From NCBI RefSeq assembly GCF_018350175.1, contig NC_058373.1:74400001-74464000 (forward strand): a stretch of 64,000 nucleotides of DNA, given 5' to 3'. Below the pieces are notes generated by a model that saw only the letters and a program-made list of their open reading frames with translations, did not search any database and was not told where the DNA came from. The stretch's first letter is position 1. Each line of letters opens with the position of its first letter. The DNA comes from Felis catus (taxonomy: Eukaryota). Made by a program: the position numbers and the translations under genes. Below, in pieces: positions 53,797 through 64,000 of this stretch.

Positions 53797-53804
53797 TGAC
53801 ATCA
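53797..53804 (-). promoter_or_regulatory. CRE/ATF-like site TGATGTCA upstream of TGM1
   Basis: tgacatca on + strand, about 0.55 kb from the predicted TSS. Confidence 0.55.
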
Positions 53805-54826
53805 GCAGCCAGGCCCTCAGACTGGCTCCACCAGCCAGCCCCTGACCTGCCGGCTCTACCAGATCCTCTGATCCCCCCCACCCATCTGTCCTTCCTTCTT
53901 CCTCCAGCTGCTTCACAACCCTTGGCATGAATGAACTGCCCCCAGCTTCCTGTGTCCCTACAAGCTTGGGATTGGCAGGGGCGGGGGGGTGGGGTGGGGA
54001 GTGAGGGTCAGAGTAGGAGCAATTTCTTGTTTTCTGCCCCCAGCCTGGGAGCTTGGGGAAAGTTTGGGCCCTCGCTCTGAGGCTCAGGTGGGAAGTGAGG
54101 CCCTCTCCCCAGGCTGCAGACTACCCCTTTTCTCTCAGAGAGGGGTGGCTGGTCAGCTGGAGTCCAGGATTCTCCAACTTGGAATTCTTCCCAGAAATCC
54201 TGACCGACCGGCTCCAGGCACCTGCCCTGTGTGTATCCCAACTCCACCCTGGCACTGGAGGAACACCAGGGATGCCACTGAGGGAACCCTAAGGCAAAGA
54301 GGAGGTCAGACATCTCTGGGAGGCTCTCCTGAAAGTTCTTTAGGAAGGTTGGGGCCATTTCTTGGGGTCTCTTCCCTCCATCCTGCTGTTGTCCTTGCTC
54401 TGCCCATAGGCCACTGAAGAGAAGACAGTGAAAACAGGGTTGGCAAGAAGACACATGGAAACCGACTAGAGGAGAGGCTGAACTTGGTGATGCATCAGAC
54501 AGGGAGGGGTCTTGGGGAATGGGGACTGAGACTCCAGGACCTGGCAGGGAGCTCTCCACACCCACAGTGACCTTTCCCTGTCTAGCTCCAAACCCCTGAC
54601 CTGGCAGAGGGTCTGTCCCCACCTCTAACACCCGCAAAGGACACACAAGTAAAAATCAAAATCCCAGGCAGGCAGGTTAGCCAAAGGGCTTTGTATGTAT
54701 CACCATGAACATGGGAAAGGGCAGGGCCCTAAGGGACCGGATGTGTGTGAACATTTCCCAGGGAACCAGAAAAGTACCTTGTCACTCTCTCTTTTGTTTT
54801 GGTCTTCTTCCCCACCTAGCCAGATT

Positions 54827-54833
54827 TGACTCA
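54827..54833. promoter_or_regulatory. AP-1 site TGACTCA in the distal TGM1 upstream region
   Basis: Perfect AP-1 heptamer about 1.6 kb upstream of the TSS. Confidence 0.5.
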
Positions 54834-55182
54834 GTGCCCTAACCCCTGAGCCGCTCCCCTCTCCTCCCTCTAGGAGGCTCAAGTGCCTTGGGGCTCTAAA
54901 GTCAGGACAAGGGGTGTGTATAGCAGGGCACCATGGGAACAGATACCCAGTTCGGTACCTCGGGAGCTGAGACCAGTCTTGACCTATCATCCCATATCAA
55001 TACAGAAGAACGGACACAAGCAGAATCCCAGACCAAGGTGCAGAGACGGCTTTGGTGCAGTTTCCTCATCAGTACAATGGGCCTCACCATCTCATCCCTA
55101 AGCACTTGTGAGGGTCAGCTGAGATATAGTACTTTCGAGGGCTGTTCAACCGCAGAATGCTACTCATGAGGATCGATACTAT

Positions 55183-55200
55183 AGTCACCAGAGGGCGGAG
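55183..55200 (+). promoter_or_regulatory. Candidate CTCF site between the RABGGTA 3' end and the TGM1 upstream region
   Basis: AGTCACCAGAGGGCGGAG resembles the CCACYAGRGGGCG core. Confidence 0.5.
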
Positions 55201-55641
55201 CAAAGGCACCCTGACCAGCTCCTCGTGGGAACAGCCCTCTCAGCTGTAGTGAATGAGCCGGGGCACAGAGGGCATCTGGAAGGGGCAGGAGTCATGGGAG
55301 AAACTTTTATGAGTCCTTCTAGTTGGCGACTTATGGCTGCTTTGTAGCCCAGCCCCAACCAGAACCTGGACCCAAACTCGATTGCAGCCCCAGCCCCAAC
55401 CAGAAGGTAAACTCTAATACAGCCCTTGCATTTAAGGCATCTGGGGCAAATTCTGCCCCAGAACAGAGACTCTGGTTCCCCATGGGAGGAAACAGCAGGA
55501 CCGAGCATGAAATGAAAGGGCGAGGATGAGGTGACACACCCTAACTCTCTCCTTTCCTCTTCCAAAATAGGTGGCAGTAGTAATGGTGGCGGCGGTGGTG
55601 GCGGTGGCGGCAGCATAGCAGCCTGGGGGGCCTCTCCATTG

Positions 55642-55647
55642 TTTATT
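55642..55647 (-). terminator. Polyadenylation signal AATAAA of RABGGTA
   Basis: tttatt on + strand 42 nt past the TAG. Confidence 0.75.
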
Positions 55648-55689
55648 CAGTCCCAATAAGTTAAAAGAACAGGGGTGGGGAAGGATCTC

Positions 55690-58600
55690 CTAGGTGAGGA
55701 TGCTGTTAACTGAAGGCAACAGCTCGGCCAGGTGCTCAGAGATGCCCGCTGCTTGGCACAGGGGGTTGCCCTGCAGGTCAAGGAGGACCAGCCTGGGGCA
55801 GGAGGCAAGAGGCTGGAGCGCTGTGGGCTGCTGGAGGCCTTGGGCAGAAGAGTCAAGGAAAATGAGGTACGTTCCCCCAGATCCACGAGCTCCCGTGTAT
55901 CTATTCCTGTTCTCCCTCAAGACCAGGGGCTGCTGCCTGGTGGTCTGGCTGGCAGGCATCTTGCACACTTCCCTGGAGGGAATAAGACTATAGACTGCAA
56001 ACACCTGCCCATGGGGCCAGGCCGGAAGCCCAAGAAGCAGGCCGGATGTGGTACGAGAAGGAGCGGTGGGCTATGGGCAACAAGAAAGCTAGCTCTGGCT
56101 CCAGGGACATCCATGACTCAACAACAGCCAAGGGTTGCTGAGTGGAAATGCAGGCCAAGGGTTGCTTTAACTTCCAATTTTTTAAAAATTAGGCTCCACA
56201 CCCAACGTGGGGCTTGAAACTCATGACCCCAAGATCAAGTGTCTCGTGCTCTACCAACTGAGCCAGCCAGGTGCCCCTAACTTCCAGTTTTTAAGTAGAA
56301 TCAGAATTCTCAAGTTTTTAAATATGAAGCTTCCTGATTTTTAAAGTACCATGGGGTACCCAAGAACATCTGGAGGCTGCTGATTTATGAACTCTGGCTT
56401 GAGGAAGTCACTTCTACCCTGCAAAACGACCAGTGCAAGTCAATGATGGCCCACACAGCCCCAAGCTATCCTCTCTCCTTAGCTTAGACCACCAGTGGCC
56501 CCTCTCCCACCCACCCTGCTTGCTGTCTGTCCCTTCCCAGCCCGGCAGCTCACCCTACCCGCTGTCTGAAAGGCACCCAGAAAGAAGGATACGGTTGTTG
56601 CACAGTGAGAGCTCCTGTAGTCGGGGCAGGTTGGTGACACCATCCAGGGACTCTATGGCATTATCATTGGCCTGAAGGACCTGGGGAGCAGGGAGGGCAG
56701 GGAAGACAAGGCCGGGCAGGCAGCTGTCAGCCTGGGACTGGTACAAGCAAGTAGGGAGCCTGGGGTGATCGGCTTACAGTGCAAGGAAAGGCTCCTGGGG
56801 AAGTCTAGGTGACCGAGGCAGAAAAGGCACAGGGTCATTTGCAGGGGCTGGGAGGATCTGGACACCTCTTTGTAGGGTGGGAAGACTTCTGAGGTGGAGA
56901 AAAGGGAAGAGGGCCACCCAGGACAGTGGTGACGGAGTGCTTTACCTCAAGGCAGCGCAGGGCAGCCAGGGCAGGGGGCAGGGCTCGGAGACGATTGTGT
57001 GACAGGTCAAGATGAGTGACCAAGAGCAGCTGTTCCAGATGGCAGAGTACTGTCAGATCCTGAGGAGGGGAATGAGATACCCGATGAGGCTTGGGGGAGG
57101 GGCCTCAGCCATCGGTCACGAGGCACCGACCCTCTGTGCTCCACACAGGCCCCTGGCGAGGAGAGGACGGGTAAGCTTACCTTACAACCACCCCCCCCAC
57201 CCCGACAGTATACACTGCCCATCAAGCACATGGGACAGACAGGGGTGCAGGGGTGGGGTGGCCAGTGAGTGGATGGGGAGGAGGCAGCCTCCGGCAGGGA
57301 CAGGAAATGCAGGAGGGTGCTGGGGTGGGCACAGACACTGGCAGGAGCGGGACTGCTGCGGCTGGGGGATCAGTCTGGTGGCAGGGGAGGCGGGCTGCGA
57401 GGACATGCTGAAGCCGCTGTGTTGGGAATACTGGCTGGGAAAGACCCCAAGGAGAGGAAACACAGAGTCTGGGAAGTTTGTCAAACATCTCCAGAAACTA
57501 CTCAGGCTTTAGGTGCCACGGCCTGCTCCAGGGAGGGAAGCATCGGAGTGAGTGGGGGTGAGTGAGGGCTCGCTCTGAGGGAAGAAGGAAGATGTGACCG
57601 GTCCCGAAGAAGGGACGGCACGAAGAGGCCCTGATGACTCAGGATTTGAAACTGCGTAACAAGAATGATGGGGCAAGTAGGGCGCCTGGGTGGCGCAGTC
57701 GGTTAAGCGTCCGACTTCAGCCAGGTCACGATCTCGCGGTCCGGGAGTTCGAGCCCCGCGTCGGGCTCTGGGCTGATGGCTCAGAGCCTGGAGCCTGTTT
57801 CCGATTCTGTGTCTCCCTCTCTCTCTGCCCCTCCCCCGTTCATGCTCTGTCTCTCTCTGTCCCAGAAATAAATAAACGTTGAAACAAAAAAAAAAAATTA
57901 AAAAAAAAAAAAAAAAAAGAATGATGGGGCAAGTGACGGAAAACAAGGCCAGGAAGAACAGGCTTGAAGGAAGAGGAGTTCAATCTCGGCTAAGAAAAAA
58001 GTCCAGAAAGGCACCTGAGACTGGGGCCAAAGCCATGGGTTTGGTGAGACCAGACTGAGGGCCTCAGCTGAGCCCATGGAGAAGACACAAGAGCTGGCCA
58101 GGGGATGAGGAGGAAGGGAGGGCCAGCAGGGCGAGGGCCCGGGGAAGGTGTGCACAGCAGTCCCTACCTTGTGACCCAGGTGCAGCACGCGCACCTCAGC
58201 ATACTCCATCTTGAGCACACTGTTCTCCAGCAAGAACTTGCTGCGTAGGTCATCCAAGTACGCTGCCCGCATCGGGTCCACGGCCTGGTGGGGACGGGGA
58301 AGGCGAGCAAGGCCCGTCAGTTGTCTTCCTGCGGCCCACCAGGCCTCCCCCTTACCTGTTCCTCCAGGTCCAACTTGCCTTGAGGGTCTGGAAGTACTGG
58401 AGCGTCTCTTTCTCATACAGCAGAGGATCCAGTGCCCGCATCAGCAGGATGATAGTGAGCAGGCACCCTGAGGAGAGGAGGGGGGAGGACTGTCTCTTCT
58501 AGATCCCCTGCTCCCATCTCTTGAGACCCTTCCTGCTCTCCCCAAGAGGCCTTCCTGGAAAGGGGCCTCCTTAGAGGAGCAGGACTTTGGGGAATGGGGC

Positions 58601-61506
58601 CTCACACTTATTCTCCGGCTCCAGCTCTTGCAGCTCCTTACAGGATTCAAGTTCGGACTGTAGCACCGTGGACTTCTCCACCGACAGCTCACACCTGAGG
58701 ATGAGCAAGGCGGGGGATGGGATGGCGTCCACTCAGGGTGCTAGTCACCCCCAGTATCCAGTCTGAGACCATATGCCCGAGCCTCCAGCCTCCCGCCCCA
58801 GAGTCCAGACCCCCTCTCCTTGTCTGTGTGCTTCCCTGTCATCACCTGAAGAGCTGCTCATCCGTGGCCGAGTCCCGGCACCAGCCCTCCTGACGGCCTG
58901 AGAGAAGGAATGGGTGGTAGAAGGGGGCAACCATGAGAGGAGGAGAGGGACAGGGATACTGCTGCGAGGGGATAAAAACGTAGAGCTTGTGTCACCTTTT
59001 AAAAGCACACACTCCTTGTGGGCATCGCCTTCTGTCCAAATGACACGAAATGTATGCTGGGGCAATTGGTCATTGAGGGAGGCAGCAGGCAAGTCACAGA
59101 GCTGGGAGCACCAGGTTAAGGAAATGCTCGAGCCTCACCACTTTTCTGACTGTCCCACTCCAGCCCCACCCCAGTCCCCCACTCTGCCCCATCAATCCTG
59201 GGATACCCAGACGTGGCTAGGCCGGTTCCTGCCATCTGGGGTCCTCCACTCCACAGCCAGGGGTGACTCATCAACCAAGAGCAGCAAGGTCTCTGTCCTG
59301 GACCCCACCTGGCCCAGGAGACAAAGAGAGACCCATCAGCCCCAACAGCACCGGGCCCACATCCATGATGCTCTCCGGCAAAAGCTGCAGGACTCACTAG
59401 GAGGGGCCGAGAGAAGGAGACAGTCAGACAGGCCTCATCCCGGCTCACGTGCAGGCAGCGCAGGGCATCCTGGGGGTCAGCTGGGGGGGAGACACAACCT
59501 CAGGTCTCCTTAAATCCTCTTCCATTCCTTCCAAGCCTTAAACACCCAGCCTCTTTCCCCACTGCTCACCTCGTCCCAGGAGCCAGCGGTGATAGAACCA
59601 GGCACTCTGATCATTGGGGTCGGTGAAAAAGGCATTCTGTACCAGCTCCAGCTCTGCAGGGGCCAAGGAGGCACAGGATCCTGGTGGGCTCCTGGCCGCC
59701 CCAACATCCCACCCTCACCCAGGAGTACCTCCAGCCCTCAGTTTCATCTATCTGTGGGCCTTGCACAGCGGCTACATATATCAGCTGTATCTTTCCCACT
59801 CCAGAGGGATTGACTCTTATGTACCCCCAAAGCCAGGCACATAGTAGGTACTCAGTAAGCCCAAGTAGCAGGTTCAGGAACAGGGTTAGGCATCAAGGCT
59901 GGAAAGGAATCACTGCAGAGTCCTCCCCAGCACCCTCTGACCCTCCTTACCTTTGAGTAGCACATCCTCAGGGAGGCGTCCCTGTGGTCCAGAGTCCGGC
60001 GTGGGGTGCAGCTGGGGCAAGAGACAGGAGCGGTAATGCCAAGAGGAGTAGTTGGAAAAGTTTCGGGTGATGAGACTGTCAGTGAAGGCTAGCTCCTCTG
60101 CAGGGGGTACGGCTGCCTGTGCAGCCACAAACCGCCGGTAGTCCCAGCAGTGAACTAGAAAGAAGGGTGACAGCACATCTCAGAAGTCGGGCAAGAGGAG
60201 CTTCATAGCTAGAATCCCGAGTTCCCTTGGAGGCCCTTAAAAACACCTCTGTGTGTTCTACAGAGCATGCATTTGTCTCCAGCATCCCTTCTGCCATCAG
60301 CTCAGTGGGCCTGTCCTGGTCATCCCTCCCAACTCTGGGCTTTACTGAGGCCCCAGGACCACGAGGTGGGACACAACCAGTAGGCACATACAGTTCCGCT
60401 CATCGACCTCGAGGAAGCGGGCACATAACTCCAGCTCCCGGGCCCAGTTGGGCTCTGGCAGGCGGCCCAGCAGCCAGCAGCGGTGGTGCCAGGTACCATA
60501 GGACTTGGGGTTCACCCGCAGGCAACTCTCCAGGAAGCCCAGTTCTGTTTTCACCAGAGAAGCCAACTCCTCAGGGGACCTGCACTCAAAGGGAAATGGG
60601 GCTCAGGGCCCTACAACACCCAATCTCAGCTCACTCCTGACTTTCTGCGCTCAGCCCTCCACTCCCCTCTGCCTATGCTCCTCGCTGTTCCATTCTTCCT
60701 CCATCACTGGACCTGGGCAGGAGAGGGCTAATGCCATCTTCCTGGGCCCTTAACTCCTACGCACTTTTGGGCCTCCAGCTGCTGAAGCACCTCTCGTCGA
60801 CAGTTCCAGAGGGTGGCAAAGTCAGGATTGGCTCCCAGAATCTGGCTTGTCAGTTCCAGGACAGACTCATCCAGCTCACCAGCCTGGCGCTTAGAAGGCA
60901 GGTAGCAGGGTCAGAGGTCATAGGCAAATAACAAATAGAACTACTGAATATTCTCGGAATGCCTTTCTATACAATAGGTAGCATGCAGAACGCTTTATGG
61001 GTTTACGTGTATTCTCTCATTTAATTTTCACAACAACCTTATGCAGTAAGCCCCATTTTACAGATGAACAAACTGAAACTTAAAGAAATTCAGTAACTTG
61101 CCCAAGATCACATAGCTTGTAAGTGACAGAACCCACATATGCAGCCAGGCAGTCCAACTCTAAGGCCCAGCTCTTGGCCTCTGTGCTATCCTAAGAGNNN
61201 NNNNNNNNNNNNNNNNNNNNNNNNNNNNNNNNNNNNNNNNNNNNNNNNNNNNNNNNNNNNNNNNNNNNNNNNNNNNNNNNNNNNNNNNNNNNNNNNNNNN
61301 NNNNNNNNNNNNNNNNNNNNNNNNNNNNNCCTTCAGGCGCCCGTGCTACAGGGATGAACGGGTTGGAAGGGCGCAGGCTGCCTTGCAGGGGCTGACCCAC
61401 CGAAACCCCCAATGCGGAACCCCAGGTTTATACAGGGCAACGGAGGCAACGCCACGCGGGGCATGGGCATGGGGAGGTGAGGGGCTTTGCTCACAGTTCT
61501 CACCAT
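55690..61506 (-). CDS. RABGGTA: Rab geranylgeranyltransferase alpha subunit, 16 coding exons, 567 aa (exon 2 mostly in N gap)
   Basis: ATG 61506-61504, then 61345-(61235 inferred), 60889-60765, 60579-60392, 60154-59951, 59653-59570, 59480-59398, 59308-59207, 59101-58996, 58897-58846, 58694-58606, 58467-58379, 58284-58168, 57059-56946, 56680-56593 and 55838-55690, totalling 1704 nt. Prenyltransferase alpha repeats ([17 protein letters not shown]), Ig-like and LRR domains. Confidence 0.95.
56180..56278 (-). mobile_element. Short CAN-SINE in the last RABGGTA intron
   Basis: Head ccagccaggtgcccc and TSD-like taacttcca(a/g)ttttt. Confidence 0.8.
57679..57916 (+). mobile_element. Young feline SINEC_Fc2-type SINE, antisense in RABGGTA intron 13
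   Basis: Near-consensus body, long A tail and a perfect 18-bp TSD aagaatgatggggcaagt (57661-57678 and 57917-57934). Confidence 0.96.
61000..61190. mobile_element. MIR SINE
   Basis: ccccattttacagatgaacaaactgaaac...agtaacttgcccaagatcacatagc. Confidence 0.75.
61198..61329. other. Assembly gap, 132 N
   Basis: Covers most of RABGGTA coding exon 2. Confidence 0.99.
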
Positions 61507-62130
61507 GGTGCCGGCTCAGGGTTCAGGACCGGGGAGGGGTCCCTTGGAAGCCTGAGAAACCTGGGAAAAAAGTGTCAATCATGGGAGCCCCGCCCCCGCT
61601 AGCCCCGCCCCCAGCTGTTCCCCGGAAGCCGCACGCGAGCCTCGGAGGAGACCCCTGCGGTGTGAAAGGGTCGAGGAAGAGCAGCGCCCGTCTTGGAGGA
61701 GCGCTCACCCACACTGGGATTCGTACCCGTGCCGCCCTGCCCACAGCCCGATCTTCCGGGACCGGACCCGATCCAGGGCACTGAAGCAATAGGGACGACT
61801 CCGCGCCTAGAGACTGCCGCTACCCGCCCACCCCACAGATCCCAGACACTCCCGCCCCGCGCGGGCCGACCCACCTGCGCCGAGGGGAGGCGTGGGGGAC
61901 GCTAAGCTGCCGCGCCTGCCACGGAGTCCGGGCGCAGGCTAGAGCGACGCCACGCCCGGTCTCTTCAAGGCGCAGCGCCCTCTGCAGGTGTGGAGAGGGG
62001 CCGGCGGCAGAGTAGGCGGGCTCGGTAGACGCGTGCGCCGGTACTCTGTAGAAAGGCCAAATCCCTGTTTTACTTCTTGTGTTTACGAGTGCGCGTGCGC
62101 AGTGGCGCGCGCAAGCAGTCGGGGCTGCAA
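61340..62130 (-). promoter_or_regulatory. RABGGTA CpG-island promoter and non-coding 5' exon
   Basis: Dense CpG. Donor CAG|GTGGGT at 61875/61874. Acceptors at 61560 and 61654. Confidence 0.7.
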
Positions 62131-62225
62131 TTTCAGTCAGCTGGTAGAACTGCAGTCTAGTTGCATAAGTTTTTTGTACAGCCGGGAACTCACGCACTAG
62201 CCATCCTGCTGACCTCATTCTGGCC

Positions 62226-62244
62226 ACTGGCCATCTAGTTGCCA
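62226..62244 (-). promoter_or_regulatory. Candidate CTCF site upstream of RABGGTA
   Basis: Minus strand TGGCAACTAGATGGCCAGT is close to the TGGCCACTAGATGGCAG consensus. Confidence 0.5.
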
Positions 62245-62757
62245 CATTTAACTGGTGGAGTTTCCTGTCCTTATCTCCACTGATCCCTGAAGCTTTCATG
62301 TAGCCGACTTCTTTACACTTGACACCCTTTCCTGGCTTCCCCTGCGCCTCTGCCCCAATCTTCTCATCTGTTCACCTTCTTCTCCCCTAAATGTTGGTGA
62401 TGTCCAGGGCCCTTTCACCACCCTCTTTCACATCACACATTGTTCCTGGGAGAACATTTACAAATCCAAGCCTTCTCCTGCTTGGAGTTGGAGCTCCCCA
62501 GAGCTCTGTCCTGGGCCCACAGATTTTCCGGCCCCACACTTTCTCTGGGTGAAGTCATACACACTCATAGTTTTAATTACCACCTGGGAGTTGATAACAC
62601 TCAAACTTGTGTCTCCAGCCCAGATGTCTCGCGAGCTGTAATAATAAACATATATATGTGCACACCTATTCAAAAGCCTATTGGATATCACCTGGGTGTT
62701 CCAGAGACACCTCAAACTCCGAAAGTAAAGAGGTATCGTTGTCTCCCATTCATTCTT

Positions 62758-63305
62758 TTCTAAAAAATTAATTATTTTTCAAAATTTATATCCAAGTTAG
62801 TTAGCATATAGTGCAACAATCATTTCAGGGGTAGATTCCTTGATGCCCCTTACCCACATCCCCCGTCTCACAACCCCTCCGGTAACCCTCTGTTCTCCAT
62901 ATTTAAAAGTGTCTTACGTTTTGTCCCTCTCCCTGTTTTTATATTATTTTTGCTTCCCTTCCCTATGTTCATCTGTTCTGTGTCTTAAAGCCCTCATATG
63001 AATGAAGTCATATGGTATTTGTCTTTCTTTGACTAATTTCGCTTCGCATAATACCCTCTAGTTTCATCCATGTAGTTGTAAATGGCAAGATTTCATTCTT
63101 TGGATTACCAAGTAATACTCCATTGTATATATATATATCACCTTTTCTTCATCCATTCATCCATCAATGGACATTTGGGCTCTTTTCATACTTTGGCTAT
63201 TGTTGAAAGTGCTGCTAAAACATGGGGGTGCATGTGCCCCTTCGAAACAGCACACCTGTATCCTGTGGATAAATGCCTAGTAGTGCAATTGCTGGGTCGT
63301 AGGGT
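62758..63305 (-). mobile_element. 5'-truncated carnivore L1 3' UTR inserted into an L2 remnant
   Basis: L1 3' UTR motifs ctcatatgaatgaagtcatatggtatttgtc and catccatcaatggacatttggg. TSD-like ccattcattctt at 62746-62757 and 63313-63324. L2-like sequence on both sides. Confidence 0.85.
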
Positions 63306-64000
63306 ATGTCTTCCATTCATTCTTAAACTTTGGCCTTTATGTTTTCCTATTGTAGTGAATGGCACTACTCCCTCCCCATTTTTCCTTAGTATCTCTTAAA
63401 TACTCTTTCCATTCCCACTGCACTAGAATTTAAGCTCATTTCTTCCCAGATTGTTGAAAGTCTTTTCAATGTCCCCCGTCTCCACTCTGTCCTCTCCATT
63501 ATGAGTTCATTCTCTGTGCTGTTGGATCAACTTTCCTAGAATGCAGGTTTGATTATATCAAATCTCTGCCTAAAAGCCTTCTGTGGCTCCTGGGCCAGCT
63601 CAGAAAGGTTTCCTGGAGAGCCTTCATGGGGTTCAAGGTGGCCAGTGAGTGCATATGCATGAGTGAGCATATGTGATGTATTTGTGAGAAGTGTGTGTCC
63701 ATGTGGCATGTGTTCATAGCTCATATTTAAGAATGCATGGCTTTAAATTCTTTATATTTCTTCCACATTTTTCTCAGGTCCTGGAAATGTATACAAACTG
63801 CCCACTATATAGTCTGTCCTTTCCTGGGCTCTGTAACAAATGACAGAGGAGAAGAGACACTTTTACTGGCCTCGTGTACTTGTGGTCCCAGTGAGGAAAG
63901 AGTCCCACCACTTCTTGGTTGTCTTTGTGCATGAGTTTTGCATGCACAAAGGATCACATGTGGAGGCAGTAAGCAGAGTGCTTATAAACATGGACTGTTG

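Noticed and set aside
53975-54010. G-run tract (possible G-quadruplex) upstream of TGM1; similar runs at 42025-42040 and 45086-45125
   Set aside because: Such tracts are frequent in this GC-rich isochore, and nothing distinguishes these.
54008-54646. 212-aa ORF upstream of TGM1
   Set aside because: Low-complexity composition, no domain resemblance and no supporting splice or promoter context.
58914-59513. 199-aa ORF antisense to RABGGTA
   Set aside because: A shadow of GC-rich coding exons on the opposite strand.

Overview
Eukaryotic, not microbial: a gene-dense mammalian locus, almost certainly from a cat-family genome given several young SINEC_Fc2-type CAN-SINEs. Gene order matches the conserved block on human 14q12: TSSK4(+), CHMP4A(-), MDP1(-), NEDD8(-), GMPR2(+), TINF2(-), TGM1(-), RABGGTA(-). 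I rebuilt each exon chain by hand from splice sites and frame. Lengths are TSSK4 328 aa, CHMP4A 220 aa, MDP1 164 aa, GMPR2 348 aa (one exon inferred inside an N gap), TGM1 820 aa and RABGGTA 567 aa (one exon mostly in an N gap). The last NEDD8 coding exon is hidden in an N gap. I found no convincing new gene and cannot claim a new system. The strongest leads are at the RNA-processing level: (1) a tightly packed NEDD8->MDP1->CHMP4A train with frame-compatible read-through junctions; (2) RABGGTA with two U12-type introns, one with a variant donor, plus a GC-AG intron with a competing frameshifting GT donor; (3) three in-frame splice acceptors that split the TSSK4 HRD catalytic motif; (4) a probable 1-nt frameshift changing the TIN2L C-terminus, either a real change or an assembly error. 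Comparisons with human or mouse proteins are from memory and need a database check. Repeat family names are by eye.
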